Source: Octopus sinensis (taxonomy: Eukaryota). From it: DNA of 64,000 nucleotides. A program made the translations under genes and the position numbers. Of this stretch, positions 1 to 12,887 are shown piece after piece (within the stretch, counting starts at the first letter, position 1; every line of letters starts with the position of its first letter). The stretch is from positions 64,542,001-64,606,000 of the forward strand of contig NC_043002.1 in the NCBI RefSeq assembly GCF_006345805.1, in the 5' to 3' direction. The notes beneath the pieces are model-generated. The model saw nothing but the letters and a program-made list of their open reading frames with translations. It was not told the DNA's origin and did no database searches.

Positions 1-485
1 AGGGTACACCAGTCACATGCATCACAACCATGTGTGTGTGACATAGTGATCTCATATCAAGATAAACAGCACGTGAGCTTCCAGGCGGGGCCCAATTAGA
101 ACTTTCTTCTTGTCGAGCTACCTATCCCACTCAAAAGGTCCTTGAGTAAGGGTTGTTTAAGGATATTGAACGTAACACTCATATTTCCCGAGATGAATTA
201 TTCAAACCCCCAAAGAATCCCTCTCAACACGTGGCTATGATGCTCCCCCACTACTTCTGCTCGTGACCAGAGATGCACATATCGTCAGCCACTAAGGGAC
301 ATGCTCAACTGGTTAAGGTCAAACAACTGACAATCAAATCTGTGTTATTGAGCAGAATATTTGCTATAGCCCATCTTTTATACCAAGACAAAACAATGTA
401 CATGATAACACTTCCAATCAGTTAAGATCAGAAGCCATGAGAGCCTTTGCCTGATACTGCACCAGGGCATTTATTATTATTATTA

Positions 486-529
<44 letters not shown>

Positions 530-600
530 TTATTATTATATTATTATTATTATTATTATTATTATTGTTGTTGTTGTTATTATTATTATTATAATGATTA
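1..600 (+). mobile_element. 3' end of a non-LTR retroelement-like repeat ending in a (TTA)n tail
   Basis: Complex sequence 1-470 runs directly into a long (TTA)n/(TTG)n tract, the usual LINE/SINE 3' tail architecture. Family identity is inferred from memory only. Confidence 0.4.
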
Positions 601-1227
601 TGATAATTTGTAGTAGTAGTAGTTGTATCATTAGATTCTCGATGAAGTATCTATTATTCATACCATAATGAGTATTGTTTTTGATATCTGCCCTTATTAT
701 GCCTCATATTAAATAGGATATCTACTATAAAAGTTATTATGAGGTATTTCTTGTTAAGTGAATCCTATGAAATGACAATTACGTGAAGGCATTTGGTAAA
801 GAAATCAACTACCACCAGCGGATTTCGATTTAATAGCGCCGTGGAATTCGTTCGTTCGTTTTCTCATTCACTATTATGTTTTGCTTTTTTTTATTTTTTT
901 CAACAGGGCGGGTATATTTTCATATTTCACAAAATTCTGTATGATGAATATCATTCTGAGTTAATCGATATATGTCAGACGCTCTTTTATCGATTGATTC
1001 TCAACGCGTGCAGGGAGTGTATCTGCATCTAAAGATATCAGTTTCTTCGAATATAAAAGAAACGTTGACATTCGAGTGTATGCGTGTGCATGCCAGTATC
1101 CAGACATGTAACATATACACACACAGGCATACATATACATATATATCATTATTCATATACACATACATACACATACTCACATATATATATGCACACACAC
1201 ACACACGCGCGCATGCACATATATGAC

Positions 1228-2088
1228 TATAGCGTGTGATGGGTAAATTCTCTCCATGTTATTTTTCTAATTTAGTGTATGTGTATCGTTTGGTTTGAAT
1301 TTTGCCGACCACACAGTATAGTAGGGTCCGTTGGGTACTCTCTGTGAGCAAAGCAGTACCATGGCACAGTTCACTCTCATAGAAATTTGGAAACGGCATG
1401 CTGTACTGCTTGGCATTTGCCTCTAAAGCTCCAATATGACAAGTGGTAAATACACAACAACCGTTGGCCTGCCCGATCCCAAAAACATGAGCCGAGAGGG
1501 ATAATTACTAAACATTCAGTCAACGTCATGCTATTTGGTGAGATCAATAGTGATGGCGACGTTATACCTTCATTCATCTTCTCACACATCCTCAGATTCA
1601 TACGGAGGCTTACATCAAGTGTCTGGAGGAACTAGTGCTGCCCTCAGCCAAGAGAGGAAGATCCTATGTCTGGCAACAGGTTTCTGCACCGTGTCACACA
1701 AGCTGCCAGGCAATTTCTGAAAACATATAAGCCCTAACATCTGGCCACCAGACACCCCAGACTGTAACCCTCCGTTGATTACTATTGTGGGTCGCAGTTA
1801 AGCGAGAGCCCAACAAAACTCCTTGTAACACCAAAGATTAACTGAAGGCAAGGATTATGGCAGTATTCACCAACTTAGAAAATGAGATCGTCCATACGAT
1901 TTGCAGAGATTCCGAAGTCGTCTGGACGCCATCGTTTAATCCAATGGAGATTATATTGAATGAATTTAATCTTTAGTAATTCAAGATATTTTTATGTAAT
2001 TTTGGTAAATATATCTGTCAAAATGAGATGTTAATGCTATTTTCATTTTCGCGTAATTTAGACGACAATATATTCACTGCACCCTGTA
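1228..2088 (+). mobile_element. Internally deleted maT (DD37D) Tc1/mariner-superfamily transposon relic
   Basis: Frameshifted translation gives YVWQQVSAPCHT...PNIWPPDTPDCNP, matching the catalytic region of DD37D transposases. Degenerate ends TATAGCGTG.../...CACCCTGTA. Homologous to 39813-40700. Confidence 0.8.
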
Positions 2089-2090
2089 AA

Positions 2091-2132
<42 letters not shown>

Positions 2133-2324
2133 TGGCTAATAGCCATAACTCTTTGACTGCTATTTATAAATTCGGTGTGTGGTGAGGCAAATCGTTGCTA
2201 AACCCCTAATTACTTAGTATTACTTAAACCTTCCTTGAATGGGGCTTTTACATGCCGAAATCTACTCGGTGAAATTAATGATTATTCCAAATTAATTAAT
2301 TTCACCCTATATTATTATTGATAA

Positions 2325-2469
<145 letters not shown>

Positions 2470-3176
2470 TAAAACACACGGGGAGAACGAGAGGGAGAAA
2501 TAGAGTGAAAGAGATAAGGAGAAAGAAAATGGAATTCACGAACTTCTTTATGAATCATAACGATCGTTTCGTCGTATTCTTGCCAATGAGATGCTGCACA
2601 ATTGTTTGTGTGGTGCATTATTGAAGCAGATGTATATTGTTACGTGACTTGTTAAAATATACCTCGTTTTCTTAATCTCCTTTTTCCTCATTTCGATCAG
2701 AATACATTTTGGCAGTTGTCTGTAGCTAGATACCTGCAAAGGCATGCATGCATACTAATATTACCGTTTGTATTCCTGTCTATTAAGACCGATTCGCATC
2801 TACGGCATTTAGAGTTCAGTACCAATGAACGCTAAATGTAAAAGGAGAGATTTCCTAAAATATTTCGGAGAATTTTTTTAAAGAAGGTGGTAAATATGAG
2901 ACGAAAAAGACAAGGTGCATCTGGTTAAAGGAGAAAGAGAAGAGAGAATGTGAATGAAAAATTATATTGCAATCCCGTAGAGTAGTTGACGAAAATGCTG
3001 GCCGTTGACTAAGTAGGAATTGCGATGCTGTTAAAGAAGATCCTATAAAAAACACTGAATATCAAAAACAAAAAGAGGTTTGTCTTATGTATATGTTGGT
3101 ATAAGGGAAGTGTGTGTGTACATGTATGTGTATGTGTGTTTGTGTGTGTGTGTGTACCTGGTGTGCGTGTGTGTAC

Positions 3177-3207
<31 letters not shown>

Positions 3208-3365
3208 TGTGTGTGTGTGTGTGTGATGTTTGCGAAACAGATATTGCGTGTGTGTGTGCAGTGTATGGTTCTTTGCTGCAAGATACTGGAAGCTGGATGA
3301 TGTACCTATCTGTTTAGATAAGAAACATTATAGAAGTTTTTGAAACGTATTCAGGAAAAGAAATA

Positions 3366-3778
3366 TATTAATTTCACGCGCTCCGGTCGTGTTCTGAAGG
3401 TCTCATGGTATGTTCCATATGGTACGTTCCAGGACCCTTTTCAGAGCCTTCTGTGAAAAGGGTCCTGAACAAAATGACTACCCCTGCTTGAGGGCTACCC
3501 CATTTATTAATTTCAGGCGCTCCGTCCGTGTCGTGAAGGCCTCATCGTATGTACCATATGGTACGTGCCAGGTCCCTTTTCAGAGCCTTCTGTGAAAAGG
3601 GTCTTGGACAAAATGACTGCCCCTGCTTGAGGACTACCTCATTTATTAATTTCACGCGTTCCGGCGGTATCGTGAAGGTCTCATGGTATGATCGATATTG
3701 TAAGTTCCAGGACTCTTTTCAGGGCCTTCTGTGAAAAGGGTCTTGGACAAAATTGCCCCTGCTTGAGGACTAGCCTTT
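3366..3778. repeat. Tandem repeat, 139-bp unit, about 3 diverged copies, each with an internal hairpin
   Basis: TATTAATTTCA recurs at 3366, 3505 and 3644 (period 139). Each unit contains CCCTTTTCA...TGAAAAGGG (copy 3 CTCTTTTCA). Confidence 0.95.
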
Positions 3779-5149
3779 CAGCTGGAGGAACTTTAAAATT
3801 TACAGGAGCAAGCTGAGGACATTGAGGAGGTTGAGCGTCAGTTCTGATACTCTTTTCTGTCAAGTAGATGGTTAACAGGATGGAATTATGATGATATGTT
3901 TAGTCAGCTCTGCTCAAAGTCCTATTATAGCCGTTTCCTTCTGTCAGGAACTTTAAAATTTGGCAGGTCAGCTTAATAGATGTATAGTAATTATACAAAA
4001 ATCACAGTAATGGAAGTCAGTTTTAACTGACTCTCCCAAATGAAGACTCTTTTTGAATTCTCCTCGTATTTGAATTCTCCTCGTGTTTGCGTTTAAGTCT
4101 TTGTGATGCACTAAATTATCTGTCATTATGTTACGATTGTGTGTAGGCATATTCCTGTAGTTCACAATCATTCGTATTTGCGTGTTCATTCCTATTAGCT
4201 TGTGTGAATTCGACGTGTGCCTTCCCAATAATGTGCTTATTTGTGATCTTACACGATACTATTCATAGTATTGTGTAAGATACTTACGAGAAAAGGCACC
4301 AAAATGAACCATATGCTTGTGTGCATGCAAGAGTGTGGAATTGAATAAACTGTAAACCTACTTGGTCATACATGCGTCTATGCATGTGTGCTAGATTAAA
4401 TATGCGTGTGTACGTGTGTATGTGTGATTGTGTCTGTACCTGAGCATGTTCAACATGGAAATCCTGCCTCCAGATATTAACTAAGAATATTGTGCGAGAT
4501 TTTCTTCTAAAATCCAATAAAGATTTAGTAAATAGAATTACACATCTGTTGTTCCAGGGATTCTCTGATGATAAAAACATCCAGGTTTTGAATGTAAACA
4601 TAAATATAAACTTGTGCGCAATTAAGATGTCTTGAAAATTGAACTGAGACGCTCACAAGGATGAGGCTTATTCACATCAAATGTCTTTTTAAATGATCGA
4701 CGTTGAATTTGATTGTAACGGATCAAATTTTGATCATTCCTTAATTGAACGAGATTGTGGGGTGTCTAACTCAGACACGGTGCTTCTTTCTTTTATAGTT
4801 TTCACATCCTTTCATTGATGAGTATTTCCTTCCAAGTTTTATTTTATCTCTATGGAAATATATATCTCAACGCATAAATATACATATATGTTTGTTGAAC
4901 CATGAGCTTATTTGTAGTATATGCAACTATAAATGTATGTGTGTGCGTATGCGAGCGCATGGATGTGTGCTGTGTACTGCGAAACTTCTTCGTACACCTT
5001 TCCATATGTTGCATGATATCTCCATGCCTCCTATTCTCTCCATTCGCATCTTATAAACATGTTTTCACTCTCCATATTATTCTGTCTTTCTTTGCTAATT
5101 GTACTTTGTATTTTAAATCTCTTTGAACGTTTGTGGCTTATACAGAAAT

Positions 5150-5189
5150 TTTCTTCTTCTTCTTCTTCTTCTTCTTCTTCTTCTTCTTC

Positions 5190-5224
<35 letters not shown>

Positions 5225-5243
5225 GTGATGGTGATGGTGATGG

Positions 5244-5282
<39 letters not shown>

Positions 5283-5312
5283 CGACGACGACGATGATTA
5301 TTATTATTATTA

Positions 5313-5356
<44 letters not shown>
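5150..5356. repeat. Compound trinucleotide microsatellite (CTT)-(GAT)-(GGT/GAT)-(GAC)-(TAT)
   Basis: Directly visible. Confidence 0.97.
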
Positions 5357-6458
5357 GCAGAGATAAATGAATCAGTTGGAAAACAGTTACAAAAATAAAG
5401 ATGAAGCTAGTGTAGAAAAATGGAAATGATAAGAAGATAAGAGGAGTAACTGAAATTATAAACGGAGAAGATAAGTATTGCAGACACAAGGAAATGAAAC
5501 CACCAGATGATAGCGAATATAAAAGTGAAAATAAACAAATGTAATCCAAGATGTCTTCCAACTTAAGGATGTACGATTATATGACGACATTGCTAGCTGT
5601 TAAATCCAATCAATTATTGCACCTACGCTTAATTTTGTTTGAATAAATGGTATAAGAAACCTTTCAGATTATTGAGAAGACAATATCTGTACTAACATAA
5701 TTCAATTTAACCCATTGTTCCTCGAACATATTCTCGTTTCATGTTAAGATTTAAGCAAAAAATATTGTAAGGCAAACCTGCTATATTGACTTCCCTTCTC
5801 TAACTCTGAATTCCAATAACGAGAAGAGGACCTCACAGCAAATCGTAAATCCCCATCATTACTTAATATACACATCCAATTATCTACTGCATCAATATTG
5901 CACATGCTGTGAGGTACGTAGTGGTATCTAAAAACCGAGGAAATCGCTGTTTATTTCGAATCAAAATATTACTGTGTGACCCAACAAGAACTTTAGCGTC
6001 ACGACCCCAACGCTGCAACACATCTGAGACACACTAGGTCGGGTCATTCAATACTCATTGGAGTATCGCATTCAATTCATGTATACGTAAATGTTTCTAT
6101 ATACTGACAAGTGTTGTTGGTAATTTATCAAATGTCATGTGAAGGAAATATAGTAGACATTTTGAGAACTTTTTCTTGTAGACTACTATGATGACGTCAA
6201 TCATACAGTTTACTTGTTTGATTCATTAGAATGTGACCATGTGATTTAAAGGGTTTTACTCGAATACATTAACCCCAGCATTGTGTAAAGTTTGGCGCTT
6301 ATATTATCAGGCGCCTTTGCCGAACAGCTATGTTACGCAGAAGAGAACACAACTACACCGACTGTCAAGCGGTATAGGGGGCTAACAAAGGAACAAATAA
6401 GCACGCTTACATGTGTGCACAAACATATGAAGAAACATACACATACATAGACATAAAT

Positions 6459-6692
6459 ATATTTCTTTACTACCCACAAGGGGCTAAACACAGAGAGGAC
6501 AACCAAGGACAGACACACGGATTAAGTCGATTATATCGACCCCAGTGCGTAACTGGTACTTAATTTACCGACCCCGAAAGGATGAAAGGCAAAGTCGACC
6601 TCGGCGGAATTTGAACTCAGAACGTAACGGCAGACGAAATAAGGCTACGCATTTCGCCCGGCGTGCTAACGTTTCTGCCAGCTCACCACCTT
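6459..6692 (-). mobile_element. tRNA-derived SINE, family 1 (head AGGCGGCGAGCTGGCAGAA, central GTCGACTTTGCCTTTCATCCTTTCGGGGTCGATAAATTAAGTACC)
   Basis: Reverse complement of the repeat at 11311, 12085, 18047 and 22438. B-box GAGTTCAAATTCC present. The central block resembles the Meta/Nin-type conserved SINE domain (from memory). Confidence 0.9.
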
Positions 6693-7675
6693 AATATATA
6701 TAGATATATATTTACACAAGCACACACACAAACACACAAAACACACACACACAATGCACACACGCATATATCTATATATATTCATATGTCTACTACAACG
6801 CTCTTAATTTTTATCTAGCTATCTTTCTCATACCAAAATGTATTATTTATTCCTCCCCGAAATAAATAATTCTTCTCTCGGGACTGAATACTCTTTGGTG
6901 TAGTGAGCAGTATTTATCTAATACAATGTTTTTACCTATCTATCGTTCTCACACCAGAATATAATTATTTCTCCTCTCAATATTGACACGACTTTGGAAC
7001 TGCTGGCATTTATTCTCCCTCTGGAATGAATACACCTCAATATAGAGAACTATTGATATCCAATACATGCCTCGATTCTATCTATCTTCTCTCTCAGCAG
7101 AATGTATTTTTATTCAATGCACAAAATTGGATCGGCTAGCATTCATTTTCCCTACATAACAATTTTCCCCATCTTTTCACCATATTGTACCACTTAAATA
7201 TACTCTGTTCTAGGATTTACCTAAAGAACAACCGATCTAACTAGATTTAATAGAACCGTTCTACTCCACTGGACATTCCGAACCGCAACAAATTATCATT
7301 AAGGATAAATCTTCTTCCACTATCTAACTTATATTTCTGTGATGACGGAATATCCAGCTTATAAAGTTTTCACACAATATAAGGCGTCAATAGCTGGGAT
7401 ATCCGAGAAACAGTATTGTGCTATATTTTACTCTTTATGTAGCTATATTTTCGATTGAATTAAATGAAATTAAATACCCTTGCACTGGATTGCCTAATTG
7501 TTTGCCTTCCATCACTGCTTTAACCTATACACTAACTCAAATGGATGCCGCTTATAGCTGTGTTTGAATAAGACAATCACACAACCACAATTCAACAGCT
7601 GTTCTAACTGGAATATTGGTGACACACCTCTTTGGGCACACAGAACCTGTTAATTTGACTCATCCTGACAAAAGC

Positions 7676-7713
<38 letters not shown>

Positions 7714-7784
7714 AAACATACATACACACATACACACACATGCATAGATATGCATACGTTTGCACTCACGCACATATACATATA

Positions 7785-7950
7785 CGATTAGTTTCTCCAT
7801 AATGTTTGTCTACTAAATTCACTCTCAAGGCAGATCGACTCGAGGCTTTAGTTGGAGACATTTGCCCAAGGTGCTGTACAGGAAGCCGAAACCCGTGACT
7901 ACGTGGCTGCCAAGCGAATTTCATAACTTCACAATCATGCCTGTTCTAAT
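7785..7950 (-). mobile_element. Diverged tRNA-derived CORE-like SINE 5' part, family 2
   Basis: GACATTTGCCCAAGGTGC and head remnant homologous to 10705-10870. Confidence 0.75.
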
Positions 7951-8269
7951 GGGGATGCGATATATTCTGGAGGAAATTGAGTGTCTATAGACAACATTAT
8001 TTAAAGAATTTAGGAATATACGAAAGTAATATGCTCAAAAATGGCTGTGAATATATCGAGCGTTATAATGAAGGACAAAACTCCACACGCCAGTATAAAT
8101 CTAACAAAGCACTCCCTGCAAAATCAAGGAGGTTAGATGGTTTTCCTGTACCCCATTTTAGGAGCAGAATCAAGGTCCAATAAAATTCTGAATGTATGAT
8201 GATCAGATAACTTAGGGTTCAGTAATTTTATATGGCTGACATCTTTTCACGCCGCTCTAAGTGAATCTT

Positions 8270-8508
8270 TTGTCTTTTGTCTCCTACTTGTTTCAGTCTT
8301 TAGACTGCAGCCAGGCTGGAGCACCGTCTTGAAGAATGTTTAGACAGATGACTCAACACCAGTACATGTTTTTTTAAAAAGACTATGTCTTGTTCTATCA
8401 GTCTCCTTTGCCGAAGCGCTCAGTTACGGAAACATAGACACACCAACACTGGTTGTCACATAGTGGGGGACAGACACGGACGCAAAGACACACGCACACA
8501 CACACAAA

Positions 8509-8573
<65 letters not shown>

Positions 8574-8712
8574 AACGTTTCAATCGACTAAATCCAGTCG
8601 GGTTTGGACGCGCCGGGCCCCTAGTCGAAGACACTTGCCCAAGTAGCTCACAGGGTGATTGAACCCAGAAAAGTGTTGTTCGAAAGCAAGCTTCTTATCT
8701 CGCAACAATGCA
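8270..8712 (-). mobile_element. Full-length diverged family 2 SINE with internal (CA)/(TA)n
   Basis: Tail CTTGTTTCAGTC...GCTGGAGCACC, internal microsatellite, then GAAGACACTTGCCCAAG and a tRNA-like head. Confidence 0.8.
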
Positions 8713-9548
8713 TAAGCATTTTAATATTTTTTTTAATTTTATGTGTCTTGTACAGCAATTCACGGCATATCATTGTATGATGTTTACTGCACCGCACGAA
8801 AGATTTTGCACTCAGAATAAATGACGCTCTTTACTTTTCTGTATATTCACATGCGGCACTTATCAATAGTATTGTTGCTGACATATAAAGAAATTTGACT
8901 GTTGTTGTATAATTTATCTATGACATTTTCTTATTTGCTATGAATCTGACTTAACACATTAACATGCTTCCTTTCTTAGAAAGTGACAGCAATCACAAGT
9001 CGGGATTCTATTTAAAATACTATAATGTCTATTAAATTTACGAGTCATGTGTATTTAGCTACTGCATCGCAGTTAAAATGTGTCTTTAGTAGAATTTGGC
9101 ATTAAGCGCTAACATACATATCCTTCAAGTTAGTTTTCCAGAATAATTTACCAGCAAATATAATTAGAAAATATGGAGAAGAAAATTGTAAATTACCGAA
9201 CATATCTGACTCACCATCTCTAGTGCAATTTTAAAAGCATTGTACTTCGTTTAGACACTCTCTTGTATATTATGCTAAACTTTTTAATGGATGCTGTTTG
9301 CATATTTCATAAATATCTTAAACTTACAATATCTGAAGAAATTTACATTAAAGAACTTCACTTCGGCTAAATTATTATTTCTGGGAGAGCTAGTGTTGAA
9401 ATGTAATATAATATAATATTATATAATAAATATGCGTGTGTCTGTACGTGTATGTGTGTGTGAATATATATAAATATATATCGAAACACACAAGCTTATA
9501 TGTGCATGATTATATGTATATATATACCTACATAAATACATACATACA

Positions 9549-9584
<36 letters not shown>

Positions 9585-9781
9585 TACATATTGATATATG
9601 TGTGTGTGTGTGTGTGTGCGTGTGTGTATGTGAGTGTGTAGATATTTATACATATATAAATACATATATATACACATACATATGGATGTGCGAGTTTATG
9701 CATGCATGTTTGTGCATGCATTTCTGCACAGAAACATGGCGTTTAAAACATAGTCTGCTTTACCATCCATAGAAATTAAAT

Positions 9782-10687
9782 CCTGCAGGAGGAGGATGCC
9801 TTTTCTGATCTTTCCCCGCCTCTTGATTTTGATAGCTTCTCTTAATTTCCTCAAAAGTGAAGCATAATAGGCTCCTGTAATTGTGGTACCCTTTGCCAGG
9901 AAATCTGTCATCACTACTCCGTCCTGTGAGCATGACCTTGCCAGCAGAGAGCTGCACCCTTGCCTTCTTTGGAGGAGGTGAGTCACGGTGCTTTTACTGC
10001 ATTGACTGGGCTTTGGTCTATGGATCATAGTGATGGACCCAGGTTTTTTCCTGTATGAACAGTCTTTTGAAAAATTTTGACTCATCTTCTTGGCACATCT
10101 CCAAATTCATCCTCGAGCACTCAACGCGTTCTTGCTTCTGGAAAGGTGTGAGCAACCTGGAAATCCATCTGGCAGACACCTTTTGCATATGCAAATGGTC
10201 ATGAATGATATTTTCCACAGACCCGGTACTAATCTTGACCTTATGGGCTATTTGGCGAATAGTTATGCGTTGACCTTCCAAAATGGCAGCCTCAACTTGA
10301 CGGACAGGCGTCTCATCAACGGCAGAAGGGGGCGACCAGATCTGGGAGCTGTTTCCACAGAATCCCGACTATGTTTGAATTCACAATGCCAGCGTTTTAC
10401 AAGGTCATATGATGGGGCATCATCACCATAAGTTACTTTCATTTCATCAAAAGTCTCCCGTGGTGTGCGTCCTTTCAAATACAAAAACCAGATCACTGCT
10501 CGACACTCAACAGACTCCATTTCACACTTGACTCACTTCAAACACCTGTAAATCAGAAACCACAATTCGTTTAGAGCTGTAATTTGCCACTTAATCTATA
10601 GGGATATAGGTAATTTCACATGCAAAATTTCAGCTAGATCAAACAACTGCAAGTGGGTCAGGGGCATTACTTATTGAACGCCCTTCG
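9782..10687 (-). mobile_element. Mariner transposon relic, 5' TIR intact, frameshifted transposase truncated at the second catalytic Asp
   Basis: ORF fragments MESVECRAVIWFLYLKG..., KVSARWISRLLT..., TWVHHYDP, SAGKVML, GILLLQD. Terminal TA-CGAAGGGCGTTCAATAAGTAATGCC resembles irritans-type TIRs. Confidence 0.92.
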
Positions 10688-10704
10688 TATATATATACAT
10701 ATAT

Positions 10705-10870
10705 ACGACAGGCTTCTTTCACTTTCCGTCAACAAAATCCACTCACAAGGCATTGGTCGGCCCGGGGCTATAGCAGAAGACACTTGCCCAAGATGCCACG
10801 CAGTGGGACTGAAACCCGGAACCATGTGATTGGTTAGCAAGCTACTTACCACACAGCCACTCCTGCGCCT
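10705..10870 (-). mobile_element. Family 2 (CORE-like) SINE 5' part, well preserved
   Basis: Reverse complement AGGCGCAGGAGTGGCTGTGTGGTAAG...CCGGGTTTCAGTCCCACTGCGTGGCATCTTGGGCAAGTGTCTTCTG with A-box- and B-box-like motifs. Confidence 0.9.
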
Positions 10871-10996
10871 ATATTTTTCATATTTCCATAGTCTTCAAAT
10901 AGGTAGAGCGTTTTCTTTTCTCTGTCTCTATTTCATTTTTTATTTTTGTGAAGGCTCAATAGAAAATAGCAGATCTGAATATTTAACAAGGATGCA

Positions 10997-11141
10997 GAAG
11001 AAGAAGAAGAAGAAGAAGAAGAAGAAGAAGAAGGAGAAGAAGAAGAAGAAGAAGAAGAAGAAGAAGAAGAAGAAGAAGAAGAAGAAGAAGAAGAAGAAGA
11101 AGAAGAAGAAGAAGAAGAAGAAGAAGAAGAAGAAGAAGAAG
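10997..11141. repeat. (GAA)n tract, about 48 units
   Basis: Directly visible. Confidence 0.98.
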
Positions 11142-11310
11142 ACTGGAGTGATATGAGAATAGTAGGCTTTTCGCGGAAAATTCTTTAATGTTGAAGTGAT
11201 GTAAAAGCGACCTGTTGCGGTTGTAGCAATAGTAATTGGAATTATTCTCAACAAATTGTAGGGTAGCGAGAGTTCTGAATATACTGATTGTAATATTTAC
11301 AGGGGTATTA

Positions 11311-11695
11311 AGGCGGCGAGTTGGCAAAAATGTTAGCACGCCGGGCGAAAAGCGTAGCCGTATTTCGTCTGCCGTTACGTTGTGAGTTCAAATTCCGCCG
11401 AGGTCGACTTGGCCTTTCATCCTTTCAGGGTCGATAAATTAAGTACCATTTAGGTACTGGGGTCGATGTAATCGACTTAATCCCTTTGTCTGTCCTTGTT
11501 TGTTCTCTGTGTTTAGCCCCTTGTGGGTAGTAAAGAAATAGGTATTTCATCAGTCTTTACGTTCTGAGTCCAAATTCCACCGTGGTCGACTTGGCCTTTC
11601 ATCATTTGGGGTTCGATAAATTAAGTACCGGTTGCGCACTGGAGTCGATCTAATATATAGGCCCCTTCCCCAAAATTTCGACCCTTGCGCCTAGA
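11311..11695 (+). mobile_element. Family 1 SINE with duplicated body (head + 2 bodies)
   Basis: Second body restarts at TATTTCATCAG right after AAAGAAATAGG (about 11541). Confidence 0.9.
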
Positions 11696-12084
11696 TCAGA
11701 AAAGAAAAGAATATTTGCATGGGTATTATTCTAATTACCAACGACGGCCTTCTATATCACGACATCCGAACATGGGATATAGGGACACACTTTTCAATCC
11801 CCATTCAAGAAACTGCAATATAAATTATAGCAACAAGTTACTCCACAACAACAGAAAACAATTCCATGTCAGCTACTGTCCCAATCACCAATTGCTATTT
11901 AAAAATAAACTTGTACATCTATTACTAATTTTCATAAGTATGCGTATCACATGTGTCGACACACCCACATAAAACATCTATTACATAAAATCCGTTCTGC
12001 CTGTCAGTCAGTGCGTTTTCTAGGATCTCGGGCATCCTCCATCTGATTGCGCTCAAATTTGATATGTAGATAACGACGGTATTA

Positions 12085-12320
12085 GGGCGGCGCGCTGGCA
12101 GAAACGTGAGCACGCCGGGCGAAATGCGTAGCTGTATTTCGTCTGTCGTTAGGTTGTGAGTTCAAATTCCGCCGAGGTCAACTTTGCCTTTCGTCCTTTC
12201 GGGGTCGATAAATTAAGTACCAGTTACGCACTGGGGTCGATTTAATCAACTTAATACCTATGTCCGTCCTTGTCTGTCCACTCTATGTTTAGCCCCTTGT
12301 GGGTAATAAAGAAATAGGTA
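12085..12320 (+). mobile_element. Family 1 SINE
   Basis: Near-consensus copy. Confidence 0.9.
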
Positions 12321-12801
12321 TCAGGGCATGTATAAATCTTGAAAAATTTACAAAATCCATTACAGGTGAGAATGCGATCAATAAAGCCGTGGGAAGGTGC
12401 ATTCATACGCGCAAGTACATCATCTGTTGCGATTTACTTACTGGTACTTTAAACTCTTTGGTTGCATATTTGTGTGAATAAACTCGTTTTTCTTTGGAAT
12501 GGAAAAAAGTCTACCTGTATTTCTCCTTTTGCTGGTGTCTCAAATTTAGGTTAAATCAGTGTTTCTCAAAGGGGAGGCCTATGGAACGGTCGAGCAGGTT
12601 GTTTTGAGAAACTTAGGTTTCAATGTTTGACAACTCAGCACCGTCCATTGGACGGGGGGAGGGCATTTTGCTCGTACATATATATGTGTGTTTGTGTGTG
12701 TTTGTTTGTGTGTGTGTGTGTGTGTGTGAGTGTTAAGCTCTCTCTGTCGCCTACTGTGATACGAATACTTTTGAAAAATAGTAATAAATATACAATATAT
12801 A

Positions 12802-12879
<78 letters not shown>

Positions 12880-12887
<8 letters not shown>

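Noticed and set aside
3366-3778. 139-bp repeat as a CRISPR array
   Set aside because: Whole units are homologous, with no unique spacers or cas genes, and the context is eukaryotic.
5830-5915. 11-bp inverted repeat ACCTCACAGCA with a miR-92-like ATTGCAC nearby
   Set aside because: The 64-bp spacer does not pair, and an inverted repeat this short is expected by chance in 64 kb.
12557-12612. CAGTGTTTCTCAAA...TTTGAGAAAC mini inverted repeat resembling hAT/Charlie termini
   Set aside because: Only 10 bp pair, the right end is incomplete, and there is no clean 8-bp TSD.
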